64,000 nucleotides of DNA, taken from IMG/VR virus record IMGVR_UViG_3300042923_000569, positions 248,001 to 312,000 of that record. One strand, written 5' to 3'. This document shows positions 54,658 through 63,111 of this stretch, piece by piece. Each line of letters begins with the position of its first letter. Position 1 is the stretch's first letter. The notes beneath the pieces were generated by a model. That model was not told where the DNA came from. It made no database searches and saw only the letters and a list, made by a program, of their open reading frames with translations. The position numbers and the translations under genes were made by a program.

Positions 54658-54839
54658 TAGTAGTCACCCAAGTTTGATACACAAAAATCAGTATTGATTT
54701 CGTGTTCTTGAACATCAGTGATTTCACGGTCAACGGCAACTGGATGCGTAGAAAGCATACGATTGTAGGCATTTTCAACGGATACATCCACTAGCGTTAT
54801 TGAACCGTAATATCCCAAATCTAACGTGTACAGTTTCAT
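54657..54839 (-). CDS. hypothetical protein
   Basis: ORF coupled to neighbours. Confidence 0.65.
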   Translation of the reverse strand: MKLYTLDLGYYGSITLVDVSVENAYNRMLSTHPVAVDREITDVQEHEINTDFCVSNLGDY

Positions 54840-55249
54840 AAGTAATCCTTAGTCATATCATATACAACTGAATTAAGTTCAGAGAATTTTACTTTCCACG
54901 GCTGATAGTACTGTTGGAGTAGCTGATCTTTCTTGAACAAAGCTTCTAGTGCATTTACTGCGTATTTGAGATCTTCAACGAACTTATCCTTAACTTTCTG
55001 GATATATTCTGGTTTCATACCAGAGAAGCCCATTTTGTACGCAACTTCGAATTCACGATAGGACGCACCCAAATCACCTAATGGGTTCTTAACGTTCTCA
55101 GGAAAACAGAAGCGATATACTTCTTCACATGTTTCCTTTAGACGTTCTTCAGCTTTAGCTTCTTTCCCGTACTTTTCGAAAAAGATTTCTGCTGGAGGAT
55201 AGGTTTTGGCATTCGCATACCATTGAACCAGTAATTCATTCATTGCCAT
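54836..55249 (-). CDS. hypothetical protein
   Basis: ORF. Confidence 0.7.
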   Translation of the reverse strand: MAMNELLVQWYANAKTYPPAEIFFEKYGKEAKAEERLKETCEEVYRFCFPENVKNPLGDLGASYREFEVAYKMGFSGMKPEYIQKVKDKFVEDLKYAVNALEALFKKDQLLQQYYQPWKVKFSELNSVVYDMTKDYL

Positions 55250-56051
55250 AATCCTTATCAGACACGCCAGGGATGCTAGTATAATCTTCTACACTGGTAT
55301 TATGCATTTCCAGTACTATTACACCAGCACCTTGATCTTTCACAAATCCAGTACTACTGTAAATGGCGTCCATCATTTCGGTCCACTTATCATAGTTCAC
55401 TGTGTACTCAGTTCCGACAAACTCCCAGCGTCCGAAGCTTCCAGAAATGAATCCAATGAATTCACCTTTCCAGAAGACGTTAATAGTTCGAGTTCCGAAT
55501 TTGTTATCGTAGCTATCAACATCATTCCATACAACTTTGAGATCTAAATCTACTGGCTGATTCTCATTATAACCAAACCAGCTTTTAAAGTCCATGATTA
55601 GATCGTAGTTGCGATCATATTGTTCTTCCTGCAATCCAAAGAATTTACAAAAAGAATCTGTTAATACAGAGAAATCAGATTTCATGATTTCGGGTGCATC
55701 AATTAGCTGACGCCAGTTCGGAACTTCAAGATGAATACGTGCGAAGCGTGAAGCATCAATGACCAGTGTTTCAGTTAATCCAGAAACATCCAATGTGTCA
55801 CATTTGACGTAATCACGACAAGATTCAATAAGTTTAAAGGCTTTGTGCATGTCATCTTCGCACATTTGGTAAACAGTACTTTCATTGGAGAACCCGACCA
55901 TAAGTTCAACTTCATCGTTTACTAAAAACGGATAAACCAAAAAGTACTTATATTCTTCAATATTTTTATTGAAGCTTTTAATATGATTCCGACGACCATT
56001 TTTGATAAGATCGGTATAACCATCTACCAGCGTTTGTACTAAATCAGACAT
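55236..56051 (-). CDS. hypothetical protein
   Basis: 271 aa ORF downstream of promoter at 56087. Confidence 0.8.
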   Translation of the reverse strand: MSDLVQTLVDGYTDLIKNGRRNHIKSFNKNIEEYKYFLVYPFLVNDEVELMVGFSNESTVYQMCEDDMHKAFKLIESCRDYVKCDTLDVSGLTETLVIDASRFARIHLEVPNWRQLIDAPEIMKSDFSVLTDSFCKFFGLQEEQYDRNYDLIMDFKSWFGYNENQPVDLDLKVVWNDVDSYDNKFGTRTINVFWKGEFIGFISGSFGRWEFVGTEYTVNYDKWTEMMDAIYSSTGFVKDQGAGVIVLEMHNTSVEDYTSIPGVSDKDYGNE

Positions 56052-56082
56052 TGGACAACCTTTGGTTTCTCAATTAATAGAA

Positions 56083-56115
56083 CAGTACTGTACCAGAAAG
56101 ATTCAGTACTGTCAA
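56083..56115 (-). promoter_or_regulatory. sigma70-type promoter overlapped by two CAGTACTG palindromes
   Basis: TTGACA-GTACTGAATCTTTCTGG-TACAGT-ACTG. Confidence 0.7.
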
Positions 56116-56119
56116 CAAC

Positions 56120-56578
56120 TTATACTATTTTATCGATAGCATCCAGATCAAACGCCTGCTCTGAACCAGGCACGTGCGTTGAAGAAGTAAAGATAAAGTT
56201 TCCTGCTGGTGTTTCTTCGAACCGTTGACCCGGATGTGCGGTGAGATAACGATTTTCCTCACCATCAGGCCATTCAATACCAACGGTTTTAACAGTTCCG
56301 CTTTCGTAGTTAATTTCGAATGCAGTTACATCTACGCCTTTTAAACGTGTTTTCCAATCGTATGAAGATGCAAAAGTTTCATCAGCAACAAGTTGTGCTG
56401 TTGGAAGAAATGCAATTCCAAACAATTCGCGGTTGTCATCTTCGAATACTTCGTGACCATTTTCAAACATAAAGTCACGATTGTTTATAAAACTAAACCA
56501 GAATACATGTTTGATATCGAATGTTAGTACTTCGCAGTTTTCTGTTACTAAGGTAATGCTTTTGATCTTATCTGTCAT
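56120..56578 (-). CDS. hypothetical protein
   Basis: IKSITLVTENCE phage motif. Confidence 0.75.
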   Translation of the reverse strand: MTDKIKSITLVTENCEVLTFDIKHVFWFSFINNRDFMFENGHEVFEDDNRELFGIAFLPTAQLVADETFASSYDWKTRLKGVDVTAFEINYESGTVKTVGIEWPDGEENRYLTAHPGQRFEETPAGNFIFTSSTHVPGSEQAFDLDAIDKIV

Positions 56579-56724
56579 ATTGTTCCTTATTTGATAAAGT
56601 AGTATACTACGCTTAAGCCGATAACTACTGCTACAGTAGTAACAAGCTTCTTCAAATCATTCTTTCCAATACTTTCTGGATTTACTGCTTTATCGGTTTC
56701 TGGATCAATTTTAATAGACATGGT

Positions 56725-56988
56725 TTACCAATCGTTAAGGATATAAATTGTTCTACACTCTGGATTATCTGCAAAAAGCTTTTCAAAGATTTTAGTCAAA
56801 CCTTCAGATTCAAAGCTCATATAATCACGACTGACAGTAGTGAAGCCGGAACCATCTTGACCATAAAGACAATCAACTTGACACATATCACATACGTCAT
56901 TCCATTCATAGCCAAGTATTTCACCAACGGTATTAATATCACCAGTTGTAATGATATAATGCTGTTCAATAATAAATGGTTCTGACAT
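56725..56988 (-). CDS. hypothetical protein
   Basis: ORF. Confidence 0.7.
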   Translation of the reverse strand: MSEPFIIEQHYIITTGDINTVGEILGYEWNDVCDMCQVDCLYGQDGSGFTTVSRDYMSFESEGLTKIFEKLFADNPECRTIYILNDW

Positions 56989-57218
56989 TATTTTACCTTT
57001 GGAGCAGTACGTGCTGCATCATAGAATTTGTTTACTTTATTACGATAAGAAATTGCAGCATCAAATGCAGTACTGTCAATCCCTTCTTTCATGATGCGAA
57101 TAACACCGTCTTCATATTCATAAAATTCTTTATTGATATAAGCAAGCACCGTAGTGCGGTGACCTTTAAGACGCTGAAGGCTCATTTTCTGTAGTACTTT
57201 ATCTTCTAACTGTTTCAT
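56988..57218 (-). CDS. hypothetical protein
   Basis: ORF. Confidence 0.7.
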   Translation of the reverse strand: MKQLEDKVLQKMSLQRLKGHRTTVLAYINKEFYEYEDGVIRIMKEGIDSTAFDAAISYRNKVNKFYDAARTAPKVK

Positions 57219-57529
57219 TTGGACGTCCTAATTTTACAACTAGCATTGATATAACTAAATGCATCACCATCAGTATCAATACCAGAAATGATTTTTTTAT
57301 CATAACTTAAAATATACGAAATAGCATCAACATCACCGTAACCCGTACAGTACAGTGTAAAGTACTTGTAACCGGGTGGAACAGTATACTTAGTTGATGG
57401 CTCATCAATACGATCCGCTAATGCAGAAGTACTGAATATCGATAACATTAATACCAGAAACATCTTACTCATATTATTCACCAAATAACTCAGGTGGTTC
57501 GGTAATTGCCAGTAATTGTAAAAAATCAC
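57215..57529 (-). CDS. hypothetical exported protein
   Basis: Signal peptide MSKMFLVLMLSIFSTSALA; true start is internal. Confidence 0.65.
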   Translation of the reverse strand: MIFYNYWQLPNHLSYLVNNMSKMFLVLMLSIFSTSALADRIDEPSTKYTVPPGYKYFTLYCTGYGDVDAISYILSYDKKIISGIDTDGDAFSYINASCKIRTSK

Positions 57530-57695
57530 AACAATCGTAATGGCTTATACCATCCACCAGAACAATACGACCACCATTAATAGGCCAGCTTTCGATTTTA
57601 ACAAGACTTCTTTTATTCTCAAAATCAGTCTCTAGTACTGTACCAAGCCAAACACCTTCTGGTACATTTTCAAAGTCAGTACATTCAATCCACAT
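57474..57695 (-). CDS. hypothetical protein
   Basis: MWIEC...PEG...W phage pattern. Confidence 0.7.
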   Translation of the reverse strand: MWIECTDFENVPEGVWLGTVLETDFENKRSLVKIESWPINGGRIVLVDGISHYDCCDFLQLLAITEPPELFGE

Positions 57696-57713
57696 GATTA
57701 TAGTACTCTTAAT

Positions 57714-57800
57714 TGGTACGGGTGATGAGATTCGAACTCACAAGACCTAAGTCTGAGGGATTTTAAATCCCTTGCGTACTGCCAATACCGCCACACCCGC
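57714..57800 (-). tRNA. tRNA-Leu(UAA)
   Basis: AGGGA-TTTAAAA-TCCCT; CCA encoded. Confidence 0.93.
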
Positions 57801-57815
57801 ATTTAAATTTATAAT

Positions 57816-58265
57816 TTAGTAAGTACTTTCTAAAGGAAGAAAAGAGCTAGCGTTCTCGCTATGCAAGTCGCTCATTTTTCCCCAAAAGGACATTGAACCT
57901 GCGATTCCATAACCAGCAGAGAGCATACCTGAAAAATTAGACTTAATCAAGCGTTTATTCATTTCAGTATAAAGTTTCTTACCATAACCCATACCACGAA
58001 AATCAGGCTTAATATAAATTTGGATATTGGTATCGAAATAACTCCAACGATATTCTTCATTATGGAAAACTACACCAATGTTATTACCTGTATCATCCTG
58101 GATAATAATTAAATCCGAGGATACAGCAACATCTTCATCAAAAGTTATATCCTGAAGACAACTAATTAATGTCCAAGCTGGAGATTCATAAAGTCCAGAA
58201 TCAATTGCTAGTTGTGCAAGTTGTTTAATGCAAAATTCATCAGTAGTTAATAATTTCATTACCAT
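57816..58265 (-). CDS. GNAT-family acetyltransferase
   Basis: IYIKPDFRGMGYGKKLY motif A; SFWGK. Confidence 0.85.
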   Translation of the reverse strand: MVMKLLTTDEFCIKQLAQLAIDSGLYESPAWTLISCLQDITFDEDVAVSSDLIIIQDDTGNNIGVVFHNEEYRWSYFDTNIQIYIKPDFRGMGYGKKLYTEMNKRLIKSNFSGMLSAGYGIAGSMSFWGKMSDLHSENASSFLPLESTY

Positions 58266-58471
58266 AATCCAGTATGAGTTACACTAAACAAACGAAGGAA
58301 TGCATCAATCCAGATTACTGAATATGGTAAAGCATTACCAACTGATTTAATAAAAGTACTTAATTCGGACGCAATTACAGTTTTTATTGCAACATGCCAA
58401 TGATAAAATCCAAAGAATAAAGACCAGAAGAAAATCAATACGAGTACAATGCTCATTAAATAATTTCCCAA
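58259..58471 (-). CDS. hypothetical membrane protein
   Basis: Hydrophobic ORF. Confidence 0.6.
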   Translation of the reverse strand: MGNYLMSIVLVLIFFWSLFFGFYHWHVAIKTVIASELSTFIKSVGNALPYSVIWIDAFLRLFSVTHTGLW

Positions 58472-58656
58472 TCTTGAACTTCTAGTTCAATATTCATGAA
58501 ATCATCTTTAAGTACTTTACCATTAGTTAATTGATATACATTATTTCGTTTATCAATATAAAGTTCAATACCATGTTCAATGAAATGTGGGCGTCTGATA
58601 TAGAAGCCATTTTTAAAAGAGGTTTTTAAAAGTTGTTGGATTTCAGCAATAGTCAT
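58456..58656 (-). CDS. hypothetical protein
   Basis: IRRP.F...DWEII pattern. Confidence 0.65.
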   Translation of the reverse strand: MTIAEIQQLLKTSFKNGFYIRRPHFIEHGIELYIDKRNNVYQLTNGKVLKDDFMNIELEVQDWEII

Positions 58657-59139
58657 AGGTTCTCACTTGTTAACGAGATATGTTTCATCAATTTGGTTCT
58701 GAGAAATTATACGACCTATTCCTTCATGTATTGCGTTTGATACTACTAGTAGTACTATGACAACTAACAAACCAAAAAGTACAAAGCATGAATTTCTTTT
58801 TAAGAAATGAATCATAATTTATTTCTCTATTCTCAATTAAAAACTACAAGACTCCGTACTGACCGGAGATCTCTACTTGTAGAAGGTTTGTGTGGTTGGG
58901 GGTATCAACACAGTTAAGGCCAAATTCCCATTCTCGCCACGTCAAGATGTAAGTACTCTTACATTAGAGTTTGTTTTACCGCGATTAACTGGCTACATTC
59001 GAGGATAACCAATCCCCTAGCTACGATCAAGTAGCGTGGTTCTTTTTATTTCAAAAGGTGCACACCCTGTTAATTCAGGCTTTCTATCTTTACGGGATAG
59101 TTTTTTGAATTATCCTTACTGGATAACTGTGTGGGTATT

Positions 59140-59216
59140 TGGTGGTCCCAGCAGGACTCGAACCTGCGACCAAAGAATTATGAGTTCTCTGCTCTAACCA
59201 ACTGAGCTATAGGACC
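59140..59216 (-). tRNA. tRNA-Ile2(CAU) (lysidine type), or Met
   Basis: GGTCCTATAGCTCAGTTGGTTAGAGCAG..ACTCATAAT..TTGGTCGCAGG resembles ileX. Confidence 0.88.
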
Positions 59217-59374
59217 GAATTAATTATTTCTTTTCTTCGCCGCAGTACTCGCATTGTACTACTTCAGTTGGTTCACCACCTTCTTCACCAGTGATAAACT
59301 CTGATGGGATGGATTGTTTCTGGTAGTTATGTCCTGCACCAGATGCTGAACACTCATTATATGGGAATGACATA

Positions 59375-59587
59375 TTAACCTCTTTTACGACGCATTAATT
59401 TACGTAAAGCTAAAAATGGATTAGCTGGTTCTTTTACAGCTTCTTTTACTTTACCAAAAGATTCTTCTGAAAGTACTTTACTGTTTGTTTGAACGATTCC
59501 GGTAGTATTACAAGGATGACATTCATACATCATACCATCACCAGCATAATGCCAGCCATCACCATTACAAGAAGTACACTTATCCAT
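59375..59587 (-). CDS. small zinc-finger protein (CxxCxGxG)
   Basis: CTSCNGDG...CHPCNTTG. Confidence 0.7.
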   Translation of the reverse strand: MDKCTSCNGDGWHYAGDGMMYECHPCNTTGIVQTNSKVLSEESFGKVKEAVKEPANPFLALRKLMRRKRG

Positions 59588-59611
59588 GATAATCTCTCTT
59601 AATTAAAAGGG

Positions 59612-59721
59612 TGCATAAAGTAGGGTTCGAACCTACAAGGGAACCTCGCGGCTGCTCCCGAAGTCCTATCTTCGCTTTCGCTATTGTCGGACTCTCCGTT
59701 TACCAATTCCGGCATTTATGC
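59612..59721 (-). ncRNA. tRNA-Leu-like RNA with 22-nt anticodon loop
   Basis: Acceptor GCATAAA/TTTATGC-A, Leu-type D-arm, GAGTCC-[22 nt]-GGACTT, long variable arm, canonical T-arm. Confidence 0.8.
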
Positions 59722-59723
59722 AT

Positions 59724-59808
59724 TGGTGCGTCTGGTCGGACTCGAACCGACAAGCCATACGGCGGGGGATTTTAAATCCCCTGTGTTTACCAATTTCACC
59801 ACAGACGC
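59724..59808 (-). tRNA. tRNA-Leu(UAA), second copy
   Basis: GGGGA-TTTAAAA-TCCCC; CCA encoded. Confidence 0.95.
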
Positions 59809-59890
59809 TTTGTTCATCTTATATAAGTGTAGGCGTGTTCCGACGACCTCGTGTTAGTTGCTCGACATATTATGTCGCTACCTTTAGTGC

Positions 59891-59977
59891 GGCGGGTAGA
59901 GGGAATCGAACCCCCGTAGCGATGAAACGCATTGACTAAGCTAGCACGTCAATTGAGGTCGCCAACCTCATACCCGC
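59891..59977 (-). ncRNA. atypical tRNA-like RNA (long D stem, 11-nt anticodon loop)
   Basis: GCGGGTA/TACCCGC, GAGGT-TGGCG-ACCTC, ATTGAC-GTGCTAGCTTA-GTCAAT, GGGGG-TTCGATT-CCCTC. Confidence 0.75.
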
Positions 59978-60021
59978 ATCGATAATCGATGAACCACTAA
60001 AGCTCACTTATATTTTAAATT

Positions 60022-60097
60022 TGGTGCAGACAGCAGGATTCTAACCTGCGTCCATACATTCGGAATGTATGTGTTTTGACCCATAAACTATATCTGC
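60022..60097 (-). tRNA. tRNA-Arg(CCG)-like, atypical T-loop
   Basis: ATACA-TTCCGAA-TGTAT; T-loop TTAGAAT; CCA encoded. Confidence 0.7.
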
Positions 60098-60098
60098 T

Positions 60099-60173
60099 TG
60101 GTGCCCCTGACAGGATTCGAACCCGCGAATCACGGTTTTAGGGACCGCTGTTCTACCATAGAACGGCAGGGGC
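60099..60173 (-). tRNA. amber suppressor-like tRNA (CUA)
   Basis: GCGGT-CCCTAAA-ACCGT; full cloverleaf and CCA; C8 and C33 are non-canonical. Confidence 0.75.
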
Positions 60174-60193
60174 GTTGTTGTCTTGATGTATCT

Positions 60194-60223
60194 ATTATAC
60201 CACAGTTTTTCGAGCCGTTTCAA
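60194..60223 (-). promoter_or_regulatory. WTGAAAC-type phage promoter
   Basis: TTGAAACG...TGTGGTATAAT upstream of the CUA tRNA. Confidence 0.78.
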
Positions 60224-60257
60224 TTTTTTCTTCAATTTTCAACGGCTTGGGCAAAAA

Positions 60258-60527
60258 TCAATCAGTACTGTTACGTAGCTCAATGCAATGTGAGATATAA
60301 GTTCCTACCCACCAGCATAGTACTACAAGATTTACTACAGGTAAACTGCAAACTAAAATTATCGCTACAGTTAAACCCCAAATATTTCCGAAGCTATAAC
60401 CAAACTTCGGGTCAGGCTTACAATATCCTAATAAACAAAGAATATCGTATACTGCAAAACAAAGGAACATTACAATTCCAATTGTTAAACATAGCCAGAG
60501 ATACCCATACCAAATAGTTAATAACAT
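60258..60527 (-). CDS. hypothetical membrane protein
   Basis: Two TM segments. Confidence 0.7.
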   Translation of the reverse strand: MLLTIWYGYLWLCLTIGIVMFLCFAVYDILCLLGYCKPDPKFGYSFGNIWGLTVAIILVCSLPVVNLVVLCWWVGTYISHCIELRNSTD

Positions 60528-60535
60528 AGGTATCC

Positions 60536-60799
60536 TTAGTACTGGTAGCGTTCAACAAACTTGTTCTGACGAACATCGAACACATGATGCCAAACATCAG
60601 TTGGTTCAAGCTGAACTACATCGATAATGAAACCTTCTTCAGTATCGCCAGTCCATGTATCTTCGAACATATATGGACGATTAATCCACACACGAACGGT
60701 TCCATCTAAATCAATGGTTACATAACGAACATGTGAATGAACTTTAATAACTTGACCATTAATATTACAGTCAAGAAAAAGCTGTTCTTTCATTTTCAT
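60536..60799 (-). CDS. hypothetical protein (paralog of 60809-61072)
   Basis: C.ING...V...V...IDLDG.V..W...PYM. Confidence 0.75.
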   Translation of the reverse strand: MKMKEQLFLDCNINGQVIKVHSHVRYVTIDLDGTVRVWINRPYMFEDTWTGDTEEGFIIDVVQLEPTDVWHHVFDVRQNKFVERYQY

Positions 60800-60808
60800 A
60801 TCATAACC

Positions 60809-61072
60809 TTAATCGTAATACATGTCAACAAAAGAATGTGTGTCAACTGAATAAAGTTTTGTCCAGGTGTCACCATCTTCCATTGTTACCTGATACGCCC
60901 TGATGCTACTGGAACGGTCATGATACCAGTACCCTTCTGACATGTATGGAAGCTCAAGCCAGAATTCTACACGCCCTGCCATATCAATTGAAATGAATTT
61001 AACACCGAATGGAACTGAGAGTTCTGCACCATTGACGGTGCAAATCGTTTCGTTCTTTGCAAGTACTTTCAT
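60809..61072 (-). CDS. hypothetical protein (paralog of 60536-60799)
   Basis: Same motifs. Confidence 0.75.
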   Translation of the reverse strand: MKVLAKNETICTVNGAELSVPFGVKFISIDMAGRVEFWLELPYMSEGYWYHDRSSSIRAYQVTMEDGDTWTKLYSVDTHSFVDMYYD

Positions 61073-61203
61073 TTTATTTTTTACTCTTTCGTGTCGATGA
61101 AAAGATTATACTCTTAAAACATGGCACTAATCAAGGCTTTTTTTGATCTTTTTTAAGCTCGTGTACGGGCATCTGAGGGGTTTTTGTGGCTTCCCTGATG
61201 CGG

Positions 61204-61575
61204 TCAAGCATTGACTGCTTCGGCTTCTCTGGCTGCTTTTCGTTGCTCATAGCGTTTCGTCCATTCGTCGTGTTGGTAGGATACCCAAAAATATACCCAT
61301 GATATATTTTCAGGTGTCGCAAGCTTTTGCTGATTTAAATGATTAATTACAAATTGAATATCATCATCTTCATTCATATCATGAGCATCATATTCAAGTG
61401 CTTCATCATAATGTCGGTACTGAATGCTACCCATACGTTCTATTGGAGTATCATTACTATCTAGCCAGAAAAACTCTATCTCAACTATTTCATGCCATCT
61501 AATAGTGCCAAGTGAGTTACTATCTGGATATTCAACCCATTCTTGTGTTATATACTCCCATAAAAGTACTTTCAT
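61204..61575 (-). CDS. hypothetical protein
   Basis: ORF coupled to upstream gene. Confidence 0.7.
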   Translation of the reverse strand: MKVLLWEYITQEWVEYPDSNSLGTIRWHEIVEIEFFWLDSNDTPIERMGSIQYRHYDEALEYDAHDMNEDDDIQFVINHLNQQKLATPENISWVYFWVSYQHDEWTKRYEQRKAAREAEAVNA

Positions 61576-61931
61576 AGTATTAACTCATGGTATTTTTTAA
61601 TTTCAGCAAAATCATCAAAGTCAAAGTTTGCTGCTAAGAAATTTTTAGTACTTTCTTGAAAATGAGATTCTTCGGTATATTGATCTAATAGATCTAAATC
61701 CACTCTTCCACCACCGGTATAAATTAAAACTATATCATTCTGGTGAATGTACAATGTTCCTACATCTACAAAAAGGCATATATGTTTGTCAAGTATTGAC
61801 AGTTCGAAACCACCCTCGGTAATATTTGTGTCTTCTAAAAATGCCCAAGTTACCCACTTAATAGGTTTGCCGTACAGGAGTGTATAGTTTACATAAATGT
61901 CATTTAATGCTTTTAGTACTTGTTCTCTCAT
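61572..61931 (-). CDS. hypothetical protein, EExxFQxxT family
   Basis: TEESHFQESTKNF. Confidence 0.7.
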   Translation of the reverse strand: MREQVLKALNDIYVNYTLLYGKPIKWVTWAFLEDTNITEGGFELSILDKHICLFVDVGTLYIHQNDIVLIYTGGGRVDLDLLDQYTEESHFQESTKNFLAANFDFDDFAEIKKYHELIL

Positions 61932-61985
61932 TACACTATCCTACAAAAACAAAAAACCCAAGACTTAGCTTGGGTTAATTTAAAT

Positions 61986-62060
61986 TGGCATCCCGTATAG
62001 GAATCGAACCTATATCGATAGCTTAGAAGGCTACTGCTCTATCCATTGAGCTAACGGGAC
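61986..62060 (-). tRNA. tRNA-Arg(UCU)
   Basis: GTAGC-CTTCTAA-GCTAT; A20; CCA encoded. Confidence 0.95.
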
Positions 62061-62092
62061 ATAGTACTACTTTGTAGTACTTTTATTTATTC

Positions 62093-62434
62093 TTATTCAG
62101 TTTCGTTAAATTCACTGAATGTCATTACTGCACGTTGGTTTTTACCATTAAAATAATAGGTACAGGCAACATCACCTGATTCTTCACCATGACGAATACA
62201 CGTCAACAGAATTCCCGGTAAAGATAAGCTTAATTTAGTTAAATCTTCTATTTCATCATACCAAACAGCATCACTATCAGTGCAAATCTGGTTGTTACGG
62301 ATAAAGAATGATTCACCCGAAACTACATCTTTAAGTGCAGCTTGAATATAATTCAAATCAACTTTAGCATCTTTAATACCTGGTGGTAATGTATGTAGTT
62401 TAGCAGTAATTGAAAATGATGATGAGTAACCCAT
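62093..62434 (-). CDS. conserved phage hypothetical protein
   Basis: MGYSS.F...WYD...DL..LS...P...GEESGD...YYFNGK. Confidence 0.8.
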   Translation of the reverse strand: MGYSSSFSITAKLHTLPPGIKDAKVDLNYIQAALKDVVSGESFFIRNNQICTDSDAVWYDEIEDLTKLSLSLPGILLTCIRHGEESGDVACTYYFNGKNQRAVMTFSEFNETE

Positions 62435-62436
62435 TA

Positions 62437-62631
62437 TTAAACCTCTGTTGTTTCCTGAACTTCTAGTTCAAGTACATTATCTAAATCTTCAGTACTACAA
62501 GTATCAAGCCATTCCTGACGTTCTTCAGCACTTTCGAAAATAAAAATACTATCCTTGTATTCGAAGCCATATGGAACACCATATTCAGCTTCTAAATCAT
62601 CACGTAGATTAACCGAATCCTTCGTAATCAT
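62437..62631 (-). CDS. hypothetical acidic protein
   Basis: ORF with AAGGA SD. Confidence 0.7.
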   Translation of the reverse strand: MITKDSVNLRDDLEAEYGVPYGFEYKDSIFIFESAEERQEWLDTCSTEDLDNVLELEVQETTEV

Positions 62632-62643
62632 ATTGTATCCTTG

Positions 62644-63105
62644 TTAAAGTTGAAGTTCCATGAACTTCTGCATAAGTAAATCATAATCATCAATTACAGT
62701 ACTAGTTTTAGTTTCTGATACTTGTTTGTAATCATTTAAACTAATAATGTAAGTCCAACCTGTACAATAACCATATCCACTAAATTCAGCAATGATATGG
62801 TCGTTTGATTGAATTCCTTCATTCGTTGAATATGCTTTCGCAAAAGAATGAACGAATCCAAGAGATTCACTACCCCGAAGAATAGATGATACATGTTCAC
62901 GAGCATTAATTGTTGAACGAATAAAAGAATACCATTGATTTCTTTTATCAAAGCCATAGTCATAAAGATCAATTTCCTGTGCAGGAGAATGATCTTGAAA
63001 AACCAGAGTACAAATATCTTTTGTTTTTTCTGTTTTCGCACTAAACAATTTAAAAGTCAGCGTAGACATGTTATTTCTCTGTTTATTGGCACCCGAAGGT
63101 GCCAA
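62644..63105 (-). CDS. hypothetical protein
   Basis: ORF; start probably MSTLT. Confidence 0.7.
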   Translation of the reverse strand: MAPSGANKQRNNMSTLTFKLFSAKTEKTKDICTLVFQDHSPAQEIDLYDYGFDKRNQWYSFIRSTINAREHVSSILRGSESLGFVHSFAKAYSTNEGIQSNDHIIAEFSGYGYCTGWTYIISLNDYKQVSETKTSTVIDDYDLLMQKFMELQL

Positions 63106-63111
63106 TCATTA

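Noticed and set aside
59891-59977. tRNA-Sec
   Set aside because: No UCA anticodon in a 7-nt loop and the acceptor stem is 7 bp.
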